Shown here piece by piece: positions 34,685-47,085 of a DNA stretch of 64,000 nucleotides (positions are counted from its first letter, which is position 1; each line of letters begins with the position of its first letter). Source of the stretch: Alphaproteobacteria bacterium. GTDB lineage: Bacteria; Pseudomonadota; Alphaproteobacteria; UBA828. The translations under genes and the position numbers were made by a program. The notes under the pieces were generated by a model. The model did no database searches and was not told the origin of the DNA. It saw only the letters and a list, made by a program, of their open reading frames with translations. The stretch is taken from positions 1,984,001-2,048,000 of the forward strand of contig CBDEFM010000002.1 in assembly GCA_965237415.1 (NCBI GenBank), given 5' to 3'.

Positions 34685-37554
34685 GCAGCGACCTCGACGG
34701 CGCATCCGCCTTTCTCGGCGGGGCCGACCCCGCCGTCATCGAGCAGATCTACGCGCAGTACCTGAAGGACCCCGCCGCCGTCGATCCGAGCTGGCGCCGC
34801 ATTTTCGAGGAAGAAGAGGGCTTCGGCGACGGCGACGGCGCGGTAGAGAGAGCGGTGGAGGCGCCCGCGCAAGAGGACCGGGCGATGGGGCTGCCGGAGC
34901 CCCGCCCGCCTTCTGCTCCGGCCGCGGCCGATGTCGATCCGGACGCCCCGGTCCAGGCGGAGACCATCGATTCGATCCGTGCCCTCATGATGATCCGCGC
35001 CTACCGGGTGCGCGGCCATCTCATCGCCTCCCTCGACCCCCTCTGCCTCGACGGCGAGCGGCATCACCCGGAGCTCGATCCCAAGAGCTATGGCTTCTCC
35101 GAGGTGGACTACGACCGGCCGATCTATGTCGACGGCGTGCTCGGGCTCAAGCGCGCCACGCTGCGCGAGGTGCTGGCGATCCTCAAGCAGACCTATTGCG
35201 CGCGTGTGGGCGTCGAGTTCATGCACATCCAGTACCCGGAGCGGAAGGCCTGGGTGCAGCGGATGATGGAGGGCGAGCGCAACCGGCAGTCGCTCTCGCC
35301 CGGCGAGAAGACGGAGATCCTGCGCCATCTGCACGAGGCGGAGGGGTTCGAGCGCTTCCTCGACGTGAAATATGCCGGCGCCAAGCGCTTCTCGCTCGAA
35401 GGGTCGGAGAGCGTCATCCCCGCGCTCGAAGCGACCATCGCCCAGGCCGCGCAGCAGGGCGTGGAGGAAATCGTCATCGGCATGGCCCATCGCGGGCGGC
35501 TCAACGTGCTGACCAGCATCCTGGGCAAGTCCTATGCCGCGGTCTTCTCCGAGTTCCAGGGGGGCGTCACCAGCGCTGGCGACGTGCAGGGCTCAGGCGA
35601 CGTCAAGTATCACCTGGGTGCCTCGGCGGACCGCGCCCTCGGCAATGGCAAGACGCTCCACATCTCGCTCACGCCCAACCCCTCGCACCTTGAGGCCGTC
35701 AACCCGGTGGTGCTGGGCAAGGTGCGGGCCAAGCAGGCGATGCGCGGCGACAAGGCCCGCGAGCGGGTCATGGGCCTGCTGATTCACGGCGACGCGTCGC
35801 TCGCCGGCCAGGGAACGTGCTCCGAGGTCTTCGAGCTTTCGGAGCTGCGCGGTTACCGCACCGGCGGCACGGTCCATATCGTCATCAACAACCAGATCGG
35901 CTTCACCACCAGCCCGAGCCAGGCGCGCACCTCGCCCTATCCGTCGGAAGTCGCGAAGATCATCCAGGCGCCGGTCTTCCACGTGAACGGGGACGATCCC
36001 GAGGCAGTCGTGCGCGTCTGCCAGATTGCCGCCGACTACCGCCAGCAGTTCAAGGCGGATGTCGTGGTGGATATCTTCTGCTACCGCCGCCACGGCCACA
36101 ACGAAGGCGACGAGCCGGCCTTCACCCAACCCGCGATGTATCGGGCGATCCGCGAGCGGCCGACGACCCGCCAGATCTATACCGAGCGGCTGGTGGCCGA
36201 GGGCGTGCTTACGGTCAAGGACGCCGACCGCATGATGGAGGTCTTCCGCGCCCGGCTGGAGACCGAGCTCGAAGCCTCCAAGAGCTACCGCCCCAACAAG
36301 GCGGACTGGCTCGAAGGCGACTGGGCGGACATCCAGGCCGCACCCCGCGACGAGCGGCCCGGCGACACCGCCGTGGCGCACGAGGTGCTGGCCGAGATCG
36401 GCCAGGCCATCGCCCGCGTGCCGGACGACTTCGCCGTGCACCCGCGCATCGGCCGCCAGTTGGAGGAAAAGCGGCGCGCCATCGAGGCGGGCGGCCCCAT
36501 CGACTGGGCGACGGCGGAAGCACTGGCCTTGGGCTCGCTGCTGCTGGAGGGGAAGCCGGTCAGGCTCTCCGGCCAGGACTGCTCGCGCGGCACCTTCTCC
36601 CAGCGCCATGCAGGCCTGGTGGATCAGGCAAACGAGAAGCGCTTCATCCCGCTCAACAACATCAGGCCCGGCCAGGCCCGGCTCAAGCTCGCGGACAGTC
36701 TCCTCTCCGAGGCCGGCGTGCTGGGTTTCGAGTATGGCCATTCGATCGCGGACCCGAACGCGCTCGCGATCTGGGAGGCCCAGTTCGGCGACTTTGCCAA
36801 CGGCGCCCAGGCCATCATCGACCAGTTCGTCATCGCCGGCGAGACGAAGTGGCTGCGCATGTCGGGCTTGGTGATGCTGCTGCCGCACGGCTTCGAGGGG
36901 CAGGGGCCGGAGCACAGCTCGGCGCGGCTGGAGCGCTATCTGCAGCTCTACGCCGACGGCAACATCCAGGTCGTGAACTGCTCGACGCCGGCCTCCTACT
37001 TCCACGTGCTGCGCCGCCAGCTCCGCCGCAGCTTCCGCAAGCCGCTGATCGTGATGTCGCCCAAGTCGCTGCTGCGCCACCGGCGCTGCGTCTCCGCCCT
37101 CGACGAGATGAGCGGCGGCACCCGCTTCCACCGGGTGATCGGGGAGGCTGACGCCGAGATCGCGCCCGAGCGCGTCCGCCGCGTCGTCTTCTGCTCCGGC
37201 AAGGTCTACTACGACCTGGTCGCGGCGCGGGAGGAGCGCGGGATCGAGGGCGTGGCGTTGCTGAGGCTGGAGCAGATCGCGCCCTTCCCCAGCCGGAGCT
37301 TCATGGTGGAGGTCGCGAAATACCGCGAGGCCGAGGTGGTGTGGTGCCAGGAGGAACCCGAAAACATGGGCGCCTGGACCTTCGTGACGCCCCGTATCGA
37401 AGCGGTATTGGCCGATCTTGACGGGGCGTCGCGCCGGGCGCGCTATGTCGGGCGCACAGCCGCGGCCTCGCCCGCCAGCGGCTTCCTCGTCGTGCATCAG
37501 CGCGAGCAGCGGGCGCTGATCGACGACGCGCTCGACGGGAAGGCCGGGTCGTGA
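34681..37554 (+). CDS. sucA: 2-oxoglutarate dehydrogenase E1
   Basis: [43 protein letters not shown]. Confidence 0.98.
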   Translation: MSSDLDGASAFLGGADPAVIEQIYAQYLKDPAAVDPSWRRIFEEEEGFGDGDGAVERAVEAPAQEDRAMGLPEPRPPSAPAAADVDPDAPVQAETIDSIRALMMIRAYRVRGHLIASLDPLCLDGERHHPELDPKSYGFSEVDYDRPIYVDGVLGLKRATLREVLAILKQTYCARVGVEFMHIQYPERKAWVQRMMEGERNRQSLSPGEKTEILRHLHEAEGFERFLDVKYAGAKRFSLEGSESVIPALEATIAQAAQQGVEEIVIGMAHRGRLNVLTSILGKSYAAVFSEFQGGVTSAGDVQGSGDVKYHLGASADRALGNGKTLHISLTPNPSHLEAVNPVVLGKVRAKQAMRGDKARERVMGLLIHGDASLAGQGTCSEVFELSELRGYRTGGTVHIVINNQIGFTTSPSQARTSPYPSEVAKIIQAPVFHVNGDDPEAVVRVCQIAADYRQQFKADVVVDIFCYRRHGHNEGDEPAFTQPAMYRAIRERPTTRQIYTERLVAEGVLTVKDADRMMEVFRARLETELEASKSYRPNKADWLEGDWADIQAAPRDERPGDTAVAHEVLAEIGQAIARVPDDFAVHPRIGRQLEEKRRAIEAGGPIDWATAEALALGSLLLEGKPVRLSGQDCSRGTFSQRHAGLVDQANEKRFIPLNNIRPGQARLKLADSLLSEAGVLGFEYGHSIADPNALAIWEAQFGDFANGAQAIIDQFVIAGETKWLRMSGLVMLLPHGFEGQGPEHSSARLERYLQLYADGNIQVVNCSTPASYFHVLRRQLRRSFRKPLIVMSPKSLLRHRRCVSALDEMSGGTRFHRVIGEADAEIAPERVRRVVFCSGKVYYDLVAAREERGIEGVALLRLEQIAPFPSRSFMVEVAKYREAEVVWCQEEPENMGAWTFVTPRIEAVLADLDGASRRARYVGRTAAASPASGFLVVHQREQRALIDDALDGKAGS

Positions 37555-38861
37555 CGGTCGACATCACCGTCCCCGCCCTCGGCGAATCGGTCACCGAGGC
37601 GACGGTCATGCGCTGGAACAAGGCACCCGGCGATGCGGTCGTGCTCGACGAGACGCTGGTGGAGCTGGAGACCGACAAGATCGCCGTCGAGGTCAAGGCC
37701 GAAGCCGCCGGTACCCTCGCCGAGATCGCCGCCGTCGAGGGCACGGACGTGGAGGTGGGCGCGCTGCTCGGCCGGCTTGCGCCGGGAGAAGCGGCTGCTG
37801 TCGTCCCCGAACTCGAGCCGCAGGCCTCGCGAATGCTACTCAATGTTTCGCCTCCGCCGTCCCCGGCGGTGCGTCGTCTGCTCGACGAGCACGGCCTCGA
37901 TCCAACGGAGATCGAGGGGACCGGCAAGGGCGGGCGACTGCTGAAGAGCGATATACTCGCCGCTGTGGTGGCACGCGCCGCATCGGCCGCAAGGCCGGCA
38001 AGCGAGCCGCCTCCGCCCGAGCCCACCCCCGAGCCCTCACCGTCGCCGGAGCCCGTGCCGTCCGGTGACCCGTCGCCCGCCGCTTCCCCGCCGGATCCCG
38101 CTCCGGCTCGGCCGGTACCCGCAGCGGTGCAGCCCGAATCTGCCCCGTCTGCCGCTGCGCATAGGCGCGAAGAGCGGGTGCCCATGAGCCGCCTGCGTCG
38201 CCGCGCCGGCGAGCGGCTGAAGCTCGCGCAGGACACGGCGGCGATGCTCACCACCTTCAACGAGGTGGACATGACCGCCGTGACGGCGCTCCGCGCGGCG
38301 CACGGCGAGGCGTTCGAGCAGAAGCACGGCGTCCGCCTCGGCCTCATGTCCTTCTTCGTGCACGCGACCGTGGCCGCGCTCGTCGAATACCCGACGGTCA
38401 ACGCGCAGATCGACGGCGACGAGATCGTCTACAAGCGCTACCAGGACATTGGCGTCGCGGTGAGCGCCCCCCAGGGCCTCGTGGTGCCGGTGCTCAGGGA
38501 CGCCGGACGCATGAGCTTCGCCGAGGTCGAGCAGGCGATCCGCGCCTTCGCCCTCAAGGCCCGCGATGGCAAGCTTGCGCTGGACGACCTGCTCGGCGGC
38601 ACCTTCACCATCTCCAACGGCGGGGTCTTCGGCTCGCTCATGTCCACGCCGATCATCAACCCGCCGCAGTCCGCGATCCTCGGCATGCACAAGGTGCAGG
38701 AACGCCCGGTCGCGGTCGCCGGCGCGGTGGAAATCCGCCCCATGATGTATCTTGCGCTGAGCTACGATCACCGTCTCATCGACGGCCGCGAGGCGGTGAG
38801 CTTCCTGGTCCGCATCAAAGATTGCATCGAGGACCCGCAACGCATCCTGCTTGATCTTTAG
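37551..38861 (+). CDS. sucB: Dihydrolipoamide succinyltransferase E2
   Basis: Lipoyl motif ETDKI, E3-binding GTGKGGR, DHRLIDG. Confidence 0.98.
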   Translation: MTVDITVPALGESVTEATVMRWNKAPGDAVVLDETLVELETDKIAVEVKAEAAGTLAEIAAVEGTDVEVGALLGRLAPGEAAAVVPELEPQASRMLLNVSPPPSPAVRRLLDEHGLDPTEIEGTGKGGRLLKSDILAAVVARAASAARPASEPPPPEPTPEPSPSPEPVPSGDPSPAASPPDPAPARPVPAAVQPESAPSAAAHRREERVPMSRLRRRAGERLKLAQDTAAMLTTFNEVDMTAVTALRAAHGEAFEQKHGVRLGLMSFFVHATVAALVEYPTVNAQIDGDEIVYKRYQDIGVAVSAPQGLVVPVLRDAGRMSFAEVEQAIRAFALKARDGKLALDDLLGGTFTISNGGVFGSLMSTPIINPPQSAILGMHKVQERPVAVAGAVEIRPMMYLALSYDHRLIDGREAVSFLVRIKDCIEDPQRILLDL

Positions 38862-38886
38862 TCCCACATGGCCAGCCGGAGCAGCC

Positions 38887-40290
<1,404 letters not shown>

Positions 40291-40308
40291 TCGGGACGAG
40301 GCTGAACC

Positions 40309-42648
40309 ATGAATACCGGCGCAGAGGCCACCACGATGCGGCGCATCAGCGAGATGACCGAGACCCGTTTCGACGGCGTGAACCACCCCTACGTGCCGCC
40401 GCGCGAGCTTTCCATCTCCGAGACCCTGAAGCTCCATCGCGACTGGGAGACGGAGATCGACCCGGTCACCTACGAGGTGATCCGCCACAACCTCTGGAAC
40501 ATCAACGAGGAGCACGGCGCCACCATCCAGCGCATCTCCGGCTCGCCGGTGGCGATCTACGCGCTCGACCTCAACCCTTCGATCCTCACCGAGGACGCCG
40601 AGTTCGTCTATTTCGGCCCCTACATGCAGTACATGTCGGGCGTCACCGACACGCAGGTGAAGTGGATCCTGGAGAACCGCAGCGACAATCCGGGCATCCG
40701 CGAAGGCGACATGTTCCTCGCCAACGACCCCTGGGTCGGTGCCGCGCACCAGATGGACGTGATGTTGATCTGCCCGGTGTTCTGGGAGGGCGAGCTCTTC
40801 TGCTGGATCACCAACTGCCTGCATCAGTACGACATCGGCGGTATCACGCCGGGGAGCTTCTGCCCTGCGGCGGAGAGCGCCTTCGACGAGGGCATCCTCA
40901 TTCCGCCGGTGAAGATCGTCGAGAACGACGTGGTGCGCCGCGATATCGAGGAGCTCTACCTGCGCTCCTCCCGCAAGCCCGAGATGGTGGCGCTCGATTT
41001 CCGCGCGCAGCTCGCCGGCGACATGAGCGCACGCGAGCGTCTGCTGCAGCTCATCCGCCGCTACGGGCCGCGCACCGTCAAGGGCGTGATGAAGCGGATC
41101 ATCGACAATGCCGAAACCGCCTTCCTCGCCAAGCTGGAGCGTTTGCCCGACGGCGCCTGGAGGGACCGCACCTATGTCGAGGCCTGCCGGCCGGGGGACC
41201 GGCGCACCCACCGCGTGCAGATCACCGTCACCAAGGAGGGCAACCGGTTGATCTTCGACAATGACGGCACGGCACCCCAGGACGGCGCCATGAACGCCAC
41301 CTATTCGGGCTGGCGCGGCTCGGTCATGGTGGCGATCAACGAGCTCCTCGCGTGGGACCAGTATTTCGCGGTGGGCGGTGCGCTGCGGCATATCGACTTC
41401 GACCCCACCGCCGGCACGCTGAATTGCGCCGACTTTCCGGCCAGCGTGTCCACCGCGCCCACCCAGTCGATGGAGATATCGCTCTACCCCGCCTACAACG
41501 CGATCTCCAAGATGATCTTCTCGGATGAGACGCTGCGGGGCGACATCATGGGCATCGGCGGCACCAGCCAGTGGCCGGCGACGCTCTTTCGCGGCATCGA
41601 CCAGTGGGGCGAGCGCTACGGCTATCTCTTGATCGACCCCATCGGCGGCTCCATCGGCGCCTTCGCCCATGCCGATGGCATCAACACCGGCGGCCAGGCG
41701 CGGACGCCGATCTGCCAGCTCCCCAACGTGGAGCACAATGAGCAGAACTTCCCGCTGCTCGTGCTCTACCGCAAGGAGCTGCCGGATTCGGGCGGCGCCG
41801 GCAGGTACCGCGGCGGGCTTTCCGCCGAGACCTGCTTCATCCCCCACAACACCGACCGCATCACCCAGGACACGCTCTCGTCAGGCAACGCGACGCCGAC
41901 GTCGACCGGCATGATGGGGGGCTTCCCGTCCACCACCAACGCCTACCAGTTCATCCGCGATAGCGACATTCTGGAGCGCATGGCGGAGCGCCGCCTGATC
42001 GACGACTACTCGCAGGTCTCAGGCCGGCCCGAGCACCTGGAGCTGCGGCAGGAGAGCTTCGACCAGAACCCGGCGGATGTCTATGCGGTGCGCTGGTCCG
42101 GCGGCGGCGGCTTCGGCGACCCCATGCGGCGCGACCCCGCCAAGATCCAACACGACCTGCTGCATCGAAACGTCACACCAGAAGCCGCGAGGACGATCTT
42201 CGGCGCCGTGCTGAGCGAGGACGGCACCACCGTCGATGCCGAGGCGACCGCGCGCAACCGCGCCGCGATCAAGGCCGACCGGCTTGCCCGGCTCACCAAC
42301 GGCGCGCCGTCGCCCGCCGTGCGCGACGGCGATCTCCGCCTGCGCGCGACCGATGCGCTCGATTTGCGCGAGGATGAGATCGGCGCCTATTGGGCCTGTG
42401 GCGCGTGCGCGGCGTCGCTCGGCGCCCTCGACGAGAACTACAAGCTGGCTTGTTTGCAGGACGTGCGGCCGGTCTCGGACTCCAACCCGCTGATCGGGGA
42501 CCCCTCACTCTTCGTGGACGATGCGGTCGAGTTCCGGCTCTTCTGTTGCCCCGGCTGCGGCACTCTGATCGAGAACGAGATCGCCGTCGCCACCGATCCG
42601 ATCCTGCGGGATATGTTCATCGCACTTCCGGCGACGCGCGATGGCTGA
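40309..42648 (+). CDS. Hydantoinase B/oxoprolinase-family protein with a C-terminal Cys4 acetone-carboxylase-gamma-like domain
   Basis: GDMFLANDPWVGAAHQMD, DSGGAGRYRGG, GGGGFGDP; tail WACGAC...FCCPGCGTLIENE. Confidence 0.85.
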   Translation: MNTGAEATTMRRISEMTETRFDGVNHPYVPPRELSISETLKLHRDWETEIDPVTYEVIRHNLWNINEEHGATIQRISGSPVAIYALDLNPSILTEDAEFVYFGPYMQYMSGVTDTQVKWILENRSDNPGIREGDMFLANDPWVGAAHQMDVMLICPVFWEGELFCWITNCLHQYDIGGITPGSFCPAAESAFDEGILIPPVKIVENDVVRRDIEELYLRSSRKPEMVALDFRAQLAGDMSARERLLQLIRRYGPRTVKGVMKRIIDNAETAFLAKLERLPDGAWRDRTYVEACRPGDRRTHRVQITVTKEGNRLIFDNDGTAPQDGAMNATYSGWRGSVMVAINELLAWDQYFAVGGALRHIDFDPTAGTLNCADFPASVSTAPTQSMEISLYPAYNAISKMIFSDETLRGDIMGIGGTSQWPATLFRGIDQWGERYGYLLIDPIGGSIGAFAHADGINTGGQARTPICQLPNVEHNEQNFPLLVLYRKELPDSGGAGRYRGGLSAETCFIPHNTDRITQDTLSSGNATPTSTGMMGGFPSTTNAYQFIRDSDILERMAERRLIDDYSQVSGRPEHLELRQESFDQNPADVYAVRWSGGGGFGDPMRRDPAKIQHDLLHRNVTPEAARTIFGAVLSEDGTTVDAEATARNRAAIKADRLARLTNGAPSPAVRDGDLRLRATDALDLREDEIGAYWACGACAASLGALDENYKLACLQDVRPVSDSNPLIGDPSLFVDDAVEFRLFCCPGCGTLIENEIAVATDPILRDMFIALPATRDG

Positions 42649-44032
42649 CACCGTTCCCTCCCACGCGCCCTCGAATGCCCACGCCGACCTGATGGCGCGG
42701 GACGCAGACCGTGTCTACGGCTGGCGCTACCAGCCGGCGATCCAGTTCGAGCGGGGCGAGGGGATCTGGCTCTTCGATGTCGACGGCAAGCGCTACTACG
42801 ACCTCACCGCCGGCATGATGTGCAACGTGCTGGGCCACTGCCACCCCGAGCTGGTGGAGGTCATGCGCGCTGAGGCCGGCAAGTTCTGGCACGAAAACTC
42901 GTGGTACTCGAACCCCCATCTGGTGCGCTTCGCCGAGCGCATCGCGAGCACCCTGCCGGACGGTCTGGAGATCGTGAACTTCGCCGTCACGGGCTCGGAA
43001 GCCAACGAGATCGCCATGCGCATGGCGCTCGCGGTCACCGGCAAGTACGACATCCTCTCGGTGATCCGCGGCCTCCACGGCGGCAGCCTCGCGGTCGAAT
43101 CGGTGACCACCATCGGCGGCGCCAGGCGGCGTCATCTAGGCCCGCTGCTCGCGCCCGCCAATGCGCCCGCGATCTACGCGCCCTTCTGCTACCGCTGCCC
43201 GATCAACCTCGAATACCCGGCCTGCGACGTGGCCTGCCTCGCGCAGTCGCGCGAGTTGATCGACCATGTGACCTCAGGCGATATCGCGGCGGTGATGGCG
43301 GAGACCATGCTGGTCGCGGGCGGCATGGTGGTGCCGCCACCGGAATGGTTGCCCCGCCTCAAGCAGCTGGCCGAGACGGAAGGCGCGCTGCTGGTGCTGG
43401 ACGAGGCGCAGCTCGCACCGGCCCGCACGGGCAAGCTCTGGGGCTTCCAGCACTACGACGTGACGCCCGATATCGTCACCTTCGCCAAGGGCATGAGCGC
43501 GGGCCTCGCGATCTGCGGCGCGGTGACGACGCGGGAGATTGCGGAGCAGGCGCGCGGCAAGGCGGGGCTCCCCTGGGCCGGCACTTATTCCGGCGATCCG
43601 CTGCCGGCGGCGGTCGCCGACAGGCAGCTGGAGATCGTGCTGCGCGACAAGCTGGACGAGCGCGCAGCCGCCGTGGGCCAGGTGCTCAGGGACGCGCTGG
43701 AGCGCCTGCGCGACTCCCACGCCGTGATCGGCGACGTGCGGGGCCGGGGCCTCTACCAGATGCTCGATATCGTGAGCGATCCGGAGGCCCGCACGCCGGA
43801 CCCCGCCATGGCCGAGCGCATCCGCCTCAACGCGGCGCTCGGCGGCGTGATCGTGATCTGCGTCAAGAATTTTCTCCGCATCTGCCCGCCGCTCACCGTG
43901 ACCGAGGCGGAAATCGCCGCCTTCACCGAGCGCCTGGACCGCGCCATCCGGCGTGCCCTCGACGGCCATCCGAAGGACGTGGATTTCCGCGCCTCCAGCT
44001 CGCTCGCCATGGGAGGCGCCACCTCGGGCTAA
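42641..44032 (+). CDS. Class III PLP aminotransferase
   Basis: TGSEANE, LVLDEAQ, PDIVTFAKG, GDVRGRGL. Confidence 0.92.
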   Translation: MADTVPSHAPSNAHADLMARDADRVYGWRYQPAIQFERGEGIWLFDVDGKRYYDLTAGMMCNVLGHCHPELVEVMRAEAGKFWHENSWYSNPHLVRFAERIASTLPDGLEIVNFAVTGSEANEIAMRMALAVTGKYDILSVIRGLHGGSLAVESVTTIGGARRRHLGPLLAPANAPAIYAPFCYRCPINLEYPACDVACLAQSRELIDHVTSGDIAAVMAETMLVAGGMVVPPPEWLPRLKQLAETEGALLVLDEAQLAPARTGKLWGFQHYDVTPDIVTFAKGMSAGLAICGAVTTREIAEQARGKAGLPWAGTYSGDPLPAAVADRQLEIVLRDKLDERAAAVGQVLRDALERLRDSHAVIGDVRGRGLYQMLDIVSDPEARTPDPAMAERIRLNAALGGVIVICVKNFLRICPPLTVTEAEIAAFTERLDRAIRRALDGHPKDVDFRASSSLAMGGATSG

Positions 44033-44075
44033 TGTCCGGTTCGCGGAGTTCCGAGCGCTTCCGCAGTCCCCTCCA

Positions 44076-44170
44076 CGTCATGGCCGGACTCGTTCCGGCC
44101 ATCCACACGTTTGCCCAAACTTTGAGGGAGCTGGCTCAAGGAGATGCCCGGAACGAGTCCGGGCATGACG
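44076..44170. repeat. Alphaproteobacterial palindromic (RPE/REP-like) element
   Basis: cgtcatggccggactcgttccggccatc...gatgcccggaacgagtccgggcatgacg; nested inverted repeats. Confidence 0.85.
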
Positions 44171-44195
44171 GCGGGAGGGAGTGATCGCGTCGCGA

Positions 44196-44230
44196 CGCAA
44201 ACCATGACCCTGGCGCGAAATCCGGGCTAA
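44196..44230 (-). repeat. Solo end of the tpiA-MITE family
   Basis: Reverse complement: ttag-cccggatttcgcgccagggtcatggtttgcg. Confidence 0.7.
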
Positions 44231-44273
44231 GCTTCGCTACGAGACCGAACGACAGAGTTGAGGGACTGCCGTC

Positions 44274-45680
44274 ATGCGGCCGCTTCGGCTTGCCAGGGCG
44301 CTGCTGTGGTTTTGTGTATGGCTGTGCCTTGCCGGCGCAGCCACCATGCACGCGCAGGCGGCCGGGGACGAGCTGGACCGCGCGCTCGAGCGCGTCATCG
44401 CTTCGCGCGGGCTCGAGCCCCTGGAGGCGCCGCCGCTGGTAACGTCGCCCAAGTTCCGGCTCGGCCAGATGCTGTTCTTCGACCCCATCCTCAGCGGCAC
44501 GCGGGATGTGGCCTGCGCCACCTGCCACCTGCTGGGCCGCGGCACGTCGGATGGAGTGGCGCTTTCCGTCGGGGTCGACGCGGCCGGCCTTGCGGAGGAG
44601 CGCCGCCCGCTGGGTGCGCCGCGGGTGCATCCGCGCAACTCCATGGACCTCTGGAACCGCGGCCACCCGAGCGTGCGCAACATGTTCTGGGACGGCCGGG
44701 TGAGCGAGACCGATGCGCCGGTCAGCCGCTTCCAGACCCCGATGGGGGACTATCTGCCGGACGGGATCGAGAGCGTGCTCGCCGCCCAGGCGCTCTTCCC
44801 GCTCGCGGGCGAGGAGGAGATGCTGGGCCTCCCCAGCGACCGCTCGGCACCCAATCTCCCCGGCGATCACGGGGATCGGCCCAACGAGATCGCCTTGGCG
44901 GCGGCGGGCCTGGACGAGGACGAGCCGGCGTTGTTCGTGGCGGTCCATGACGCGCTCATGCGCCGGCTCTTAGGTCAGGCGGGCACACCGCTCGCCGACT
45001 GGCAGATCGCCTACCGCCGGCTCATCGCCGCGGCCTATCCCGAGACGCTGCTCGGCGCCGTCACCATCGGCGATCTCGCGAACGCCATCGGTCGCTTCCA
45101 GGAACTGGCCTTCGTGACGCGCGACACGCCCTGGGACCGTTACCTGGCGGGCGACAAAGGCGCGATCGACCCGGCGGCGAAGGAGGGCGCGCTCCTTTTC
45201 TACGGCAAGGCCCGTTGCGTCGCCTGCCACAGTGGCCCGCTCTTCAGCGACTTCCAGTTTCACTCCCTCGCCGTGGCCCAGATCGGCCCCGGCATCGACG
45301 AGAGCGGCGACGATCGCGGCCGCTACGAGGCGACGCGCATCCCCCGCAACCTCTATCAGTTCCGCACGCCGCCGCTCCGCAACGTCACCTTGACTGCGCC
45401 CTACTTCCACAGCGGGGCCGTGGCGAGCCTCGAGGAGGCAATCGCCCTGCACCTCGCGCCGCCCGCCCCGTCGCCCTACGAGTCCGAGGCCGAGGCGCGG
45501 CGGAGGGCGAGCTTCACGCCAATGCTCAGGCGCGGCCTCGCCCTCGGCGCGGCGGAGCGCGCGAGCCTACTCGCCTTCCTGCAGAGCCTGGAGGACGACC
45601 AGGCCGGGAGCCGAGCGCTGATCGTTCCCGACAACGTGCCGAGCGGGCTGCCCGTGCCGGCGCTCGCCGCCGGGAGCTGA
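44274..45680 (+). CDS. Di-heme cytochrome c peroxidase/MauG-family protein
   Basis: Signal peptide, LFFDPILSG, CATCH, FWDGR, CVACH, FRTPPLRNV..APYFHSG. Confidence 0.9.
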   Translation: MRPLRLARALLWFCVWLCLAGAATMHAQAAGDELDRALERVIASRGLEPLEAPPLVTSPKFRLGQMLFFDPILSGTRDVACATCHLLGRGTSDGVALSVGVDAAGLAEERRPLGAPRVHPRNSMDLWNRGHPSVRNMFWDGRVSETDAPVSRFQTPMGDYLPDGIESVLAAQALFPLAGEEEMLGLPSDRSAPNLPGDHGDRPNEIALAAAGLDEDEPALFVAVHDALMRRLLGQAGTPLADWQIAYRRLIAAAYPETLLGAVTIGDLANAIGRFQELAFVTRDTPWDRYLAGDKGAIDPAAKEGALLFYGKARCVACHSGPLFSDFQFHSLAVAQIGPGIDESGDDRGRYEATRIPRNLYQFRTPPLRNVTLTAPYFHSGAVASLEEAIALHLAPPAPSPYESEAEARRRASFTPMLRRGLALGAAERASLLAFLQSLEDDQAGSRALIVPDNVPSGLPVPALAAGS

Positions 45681-45794
45681 GCGCCGTGCCAGCCTCGACA
45701 TCCGACCCTATCAGAAAGTGCTATCCTTCCCGGGGGCGGATCGATACCGTCGCCACCGGCGTTGAGCGGAACGGGCTGATATTGAGGGAATCGC

Positions 45795-46580
45795 GTGTTC
45801 ACCAGTAATCCCTTCGCCGCACTTTCGACGACCATACCGACCGCCGCGATACAGACATACGTCATCGTCATGATTGGCTTGGTCGTGGCGGGCACCCTGT
45901 TCGACATCTGGCATAAGAGGAGCGCCACCTATTTCTTCGACAGCTGGCGGACCTCAAGGGACAAGGGGACGCGGCACGTCGGCGGCGGGAAAATGGCGAC
46001 GCTCGCGATCCGGACCGCGTTGGCGGAGGGCCTGACGTCCGCTGAATTCGGCTACGGGCGCCGCCGGGTTGCCCACCTGCTGACGATGTACGGTTTCCTG
46101 TTATACGTCGTGACCACCGTCATCATGGTGTTCTGCTACCCGGCGCCCGCCACGCCGACGCCCGCCGTCCTGCCCCAGCTGTGGATCGCCGGGGCCTTGC
46201 TGGTCTGCGTCGGCGGTTACTGGTTCTGGTTCTTCATTCGGGTCGACGTGGCAGCCGAGGGCCATACGCCGTTCCGCGTAATGCGCGCCGACCTGTTCAT
46301 CCTCTCGCTTCTCGCCAGCGTGACGCTGGGACTGATCTGGGCCGGCCTGCAGTCGATGGAGAGCGCGGGGACGAACGTGCTCCTGGGCCTCTACCTCATC
46401 GCCACGACGGTGCTGTTCGGATCCGTTCCGTGGTCCAAGTTCTCGCACATGTTCTTCAAGCCCGCGGCGGCCTTCGAGAAGCGGGTGTCCGAGGCGACGG
46501 GTTCGAGGAGCAACCTGCCGGCCCCCGCCGACAAACCCGAAACGTTCGGCAGCGCCCGCGAAAGGCCCCGCCACTACTGA
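45795..46580 (+). CDS. aprM: APS reductase membrane anchor AprM
   Basis: Multi-TM protein with HLLTMYG, GGYWFWFFIRVDV, WSKFSHMFFKP; directly upstream of aprB. Confidence 0.9.
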   Translation: MFTSNPFAALSTTIPTAAIQTYVIVMIGLVVAGTLFDIWHKRSATYFFDSWRTSRDKGTRHVGGGKMATLAIRTALAEGLTSAEFGYGRRRVAHLLTMYGFLLYVVTTVIMVFCYPAPATPTPAVLPQLWIAGALLVCVGGYWFWFFIRVDVAAEGHTPFRVMRADLFILSLLASVTLGLIWAGLQSMESAGTNVLLGLYLIATTVLFGSVPWSKFSHMFFKPAAAFEKRVSEATGSRSNLPAPADKPETFGSARERPRHY

Positions 46581-46623
46581 TCGCCTCATCGTCGATCTTC
46601 CATAGAGGAGATAACGGAACCAC

Positions 46624-47085
46624 ATGCCGACATTCGTTTATATGACCCGGTGCGACGGCTGCGGATACTGCGTCGATATCTGTCCGTCCGACATCATGCA
46701 CATCGATAAGACCAATCGGCGCGCCTACAACATCGAGCCCAACATGTGCTGGGAGTGCTATGCCTGCGTGAAGGCCTGTCCGCAGAATGCCATCGACTGC
46801 CGCGGCTACGCCGACTTCGCACCCATGGGTCACAGCGTTCGAGTGCTGAGGGAAGAGGCGAAGGGCACCATCTCCTGGAAGATCAAGTTCCGGGACGGCA
46901 GGGAAAAGGATTTCGTTTCCCCGATCCGGACCACGCCTTGGGGATCGATCAAATCGCCGGCCGACTACGAGGCACCCGCCGCGCAAGCGATGAAATCCCA
47001 GGAACTCGCGCACGAACCGGATGCGCTCCACATCGAGGCGTTGCCCGCGTTGACGCCGGATCGATTCAAGGTGGGAGCCCTCTAG
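46624..47085 (+). CDS. aprB: Adenylylsulfate reductase beta subunit
   Basis: MPTFVYMTRCDGCG.CVDICPSDIM, CWECYACVKACP. Confidence 0.97.
   Translation: MPTFVYMTRCDGCGYCVDICPSDIMHIDKTNRRAYNIEPNMCWECYACVKACPQNAIDCRGYADFAPMGHSVRVLREEAKGTISWKIKFRDGREKDFVSPIRTTPWGSIKSPADYEAPAAQAMKSQELAHEPDALHIEALPALTPDRFKVGAL

Noticed and set aside
37990-38160. Pro-rich low-complexity stretch in sucB
   Set aside because: Normal flexible linker of E2 subunits.
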